A stretch of DNA of 64,000 nucleotides from Gekko japonicus (taxonomy: Eukaryota), in NCBI RefSeq assembly GCF_001447785.1, contig NW_015170887.1:672733-736732 (forward strand). The letters run 5' to 3'. The number at the start of each line of letters is the position of its first letter. The first letter of the stretch is position 1. The translations under genes and the position numbers were made by a program. The notes under the pieces are model-generated. The model had not been told where the DNA came from. It did not search any database and saw only the letters and a list, made by a program, of their open reading frames with translations. Below are positions 62,886 to 64,000 of the stretch, in pieces.

Positions 62886-64000
62886 AATTGTTTGATTGTT
62901 GGGAAATCATGACAGCCTATACCTTGGTGGAAGAGGACATGTTTTGCATACACATGATGCCAGGTTCTTCCTTGAAACCTGAAGCTTAAGAATTACTCAG
63001 ACAGGAGTGCTGGGAAACTCCACCCCCAAATCTCCAGGAATTTCTCAGTCTGGAGTTGGCAACCCTAAAGTGGGTTCCTAGGAGGTCTTCCATCTATACA
63101 CTTGTTTAGCTTCAACAAGATGGTTGCAGTTATCATGTGATTTCAACCATACCTTCCTTGGGACCATTGCTGTAATGTAGTGCTTACATAAATGCTTTAT
63201 CATAACATAAATGCTAGATGTCAGAAATATAATTTCATTGCATTGCTTGTTGTATGTACTGTATTGTTTTCATCTCATTTCTTCTCAATTTTGTAATTCA
63301 CTCTGGGTCTCAGTGAGGAAGGCAAACTAGAAGTTAAATAAATAAATAAATAACACACATATAAGAGCCATTCTACAAGACAGGTCAGATAGCTGCAATG
63401 CATGTAGAATATTCAATAGTATCCCACAACTGAACAATTTTTTAAAAAGGCCTTGGAATATATACATTTTATTCTGCTCTGTTTTTTAACCAATTGTTAA
63501 ATGTGGGAAGATTCATGGGCTGTCTAGCTTCAGACCTAAGACCTATAGCTATATATATTTACTCTAATTTTGTGAATGCTGGTTTACCATTTACTGGTTA
63601 CCTCAGTGTTGTAACTGTCTTCTTCAGGGATTGTCTACGTGTTGTCTCCATAGCTTTCCCTCTTTCTTTCTGTGGTAGATGAGACTTGGGTAGACATGGG
63701 GAAAGCTTACTTGGCCTCAGGCTGAAGATTCAGCTTTACAATACTGCTGCTATTCTCCGTTGCTTGGCACATGCTTTCCAGGTGTTTATACCTACAGAGT
63801 CTAGCCTTGGAGGCCAACCCCTTGACGACAGCTCTCTGGCTTCCCATCAAAGGCTCCATTTAGAGCTGGCTGCTGAGCAGACAGAAAGCTGCAGTGTTAG
63901 ACCCCGAAATCTGACACAGGGTAGTCTAGTGATTTTTCAGAGGGTCCTTGACAGCCCTTCAGCGCATGTCTGTCAGCCCCCATGGCAGGCTCACAAGTTC

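Overview
Eukaryotic, not prokaryotic: 64 kb of vertebrate non-coding DNA, most likely intronic, from a squamate reptile. A gecko is probable, inferred from the Sauria SINE, Squam3-like and 5S-derived SINEs, BovB and the CR1 subfamily. It is dominated by decayed transposable elements: CR1, L2 and RTE/BovB LINE fragments, several SINE families, Penelope-like terminal repeats with hammerhead-ribozyme motifs, hAT MITEs with 8-bp TSDs, a fossil hAT transposase, palindromic MITE-like elements, a probable solo LTR, and a probable non-autonomous Helitron carrying a CR1 3' end. One plausible 98-bp host exon lies on the + strand (19968-20065, gene unidentified). Several homeobox-motif-rich unique tracts look like conserved enhancers, and there is a 172-N assembly gap. 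I found no intact gene, active element or clearly new biological system. Best leads: the Helitron-CR1 composite, a hammerhead one base from consensus, the orphan exon and the nested palindromic elements. Family names come from my recognition of motifs, not database searches, and boundaries without TSD support are approximate.
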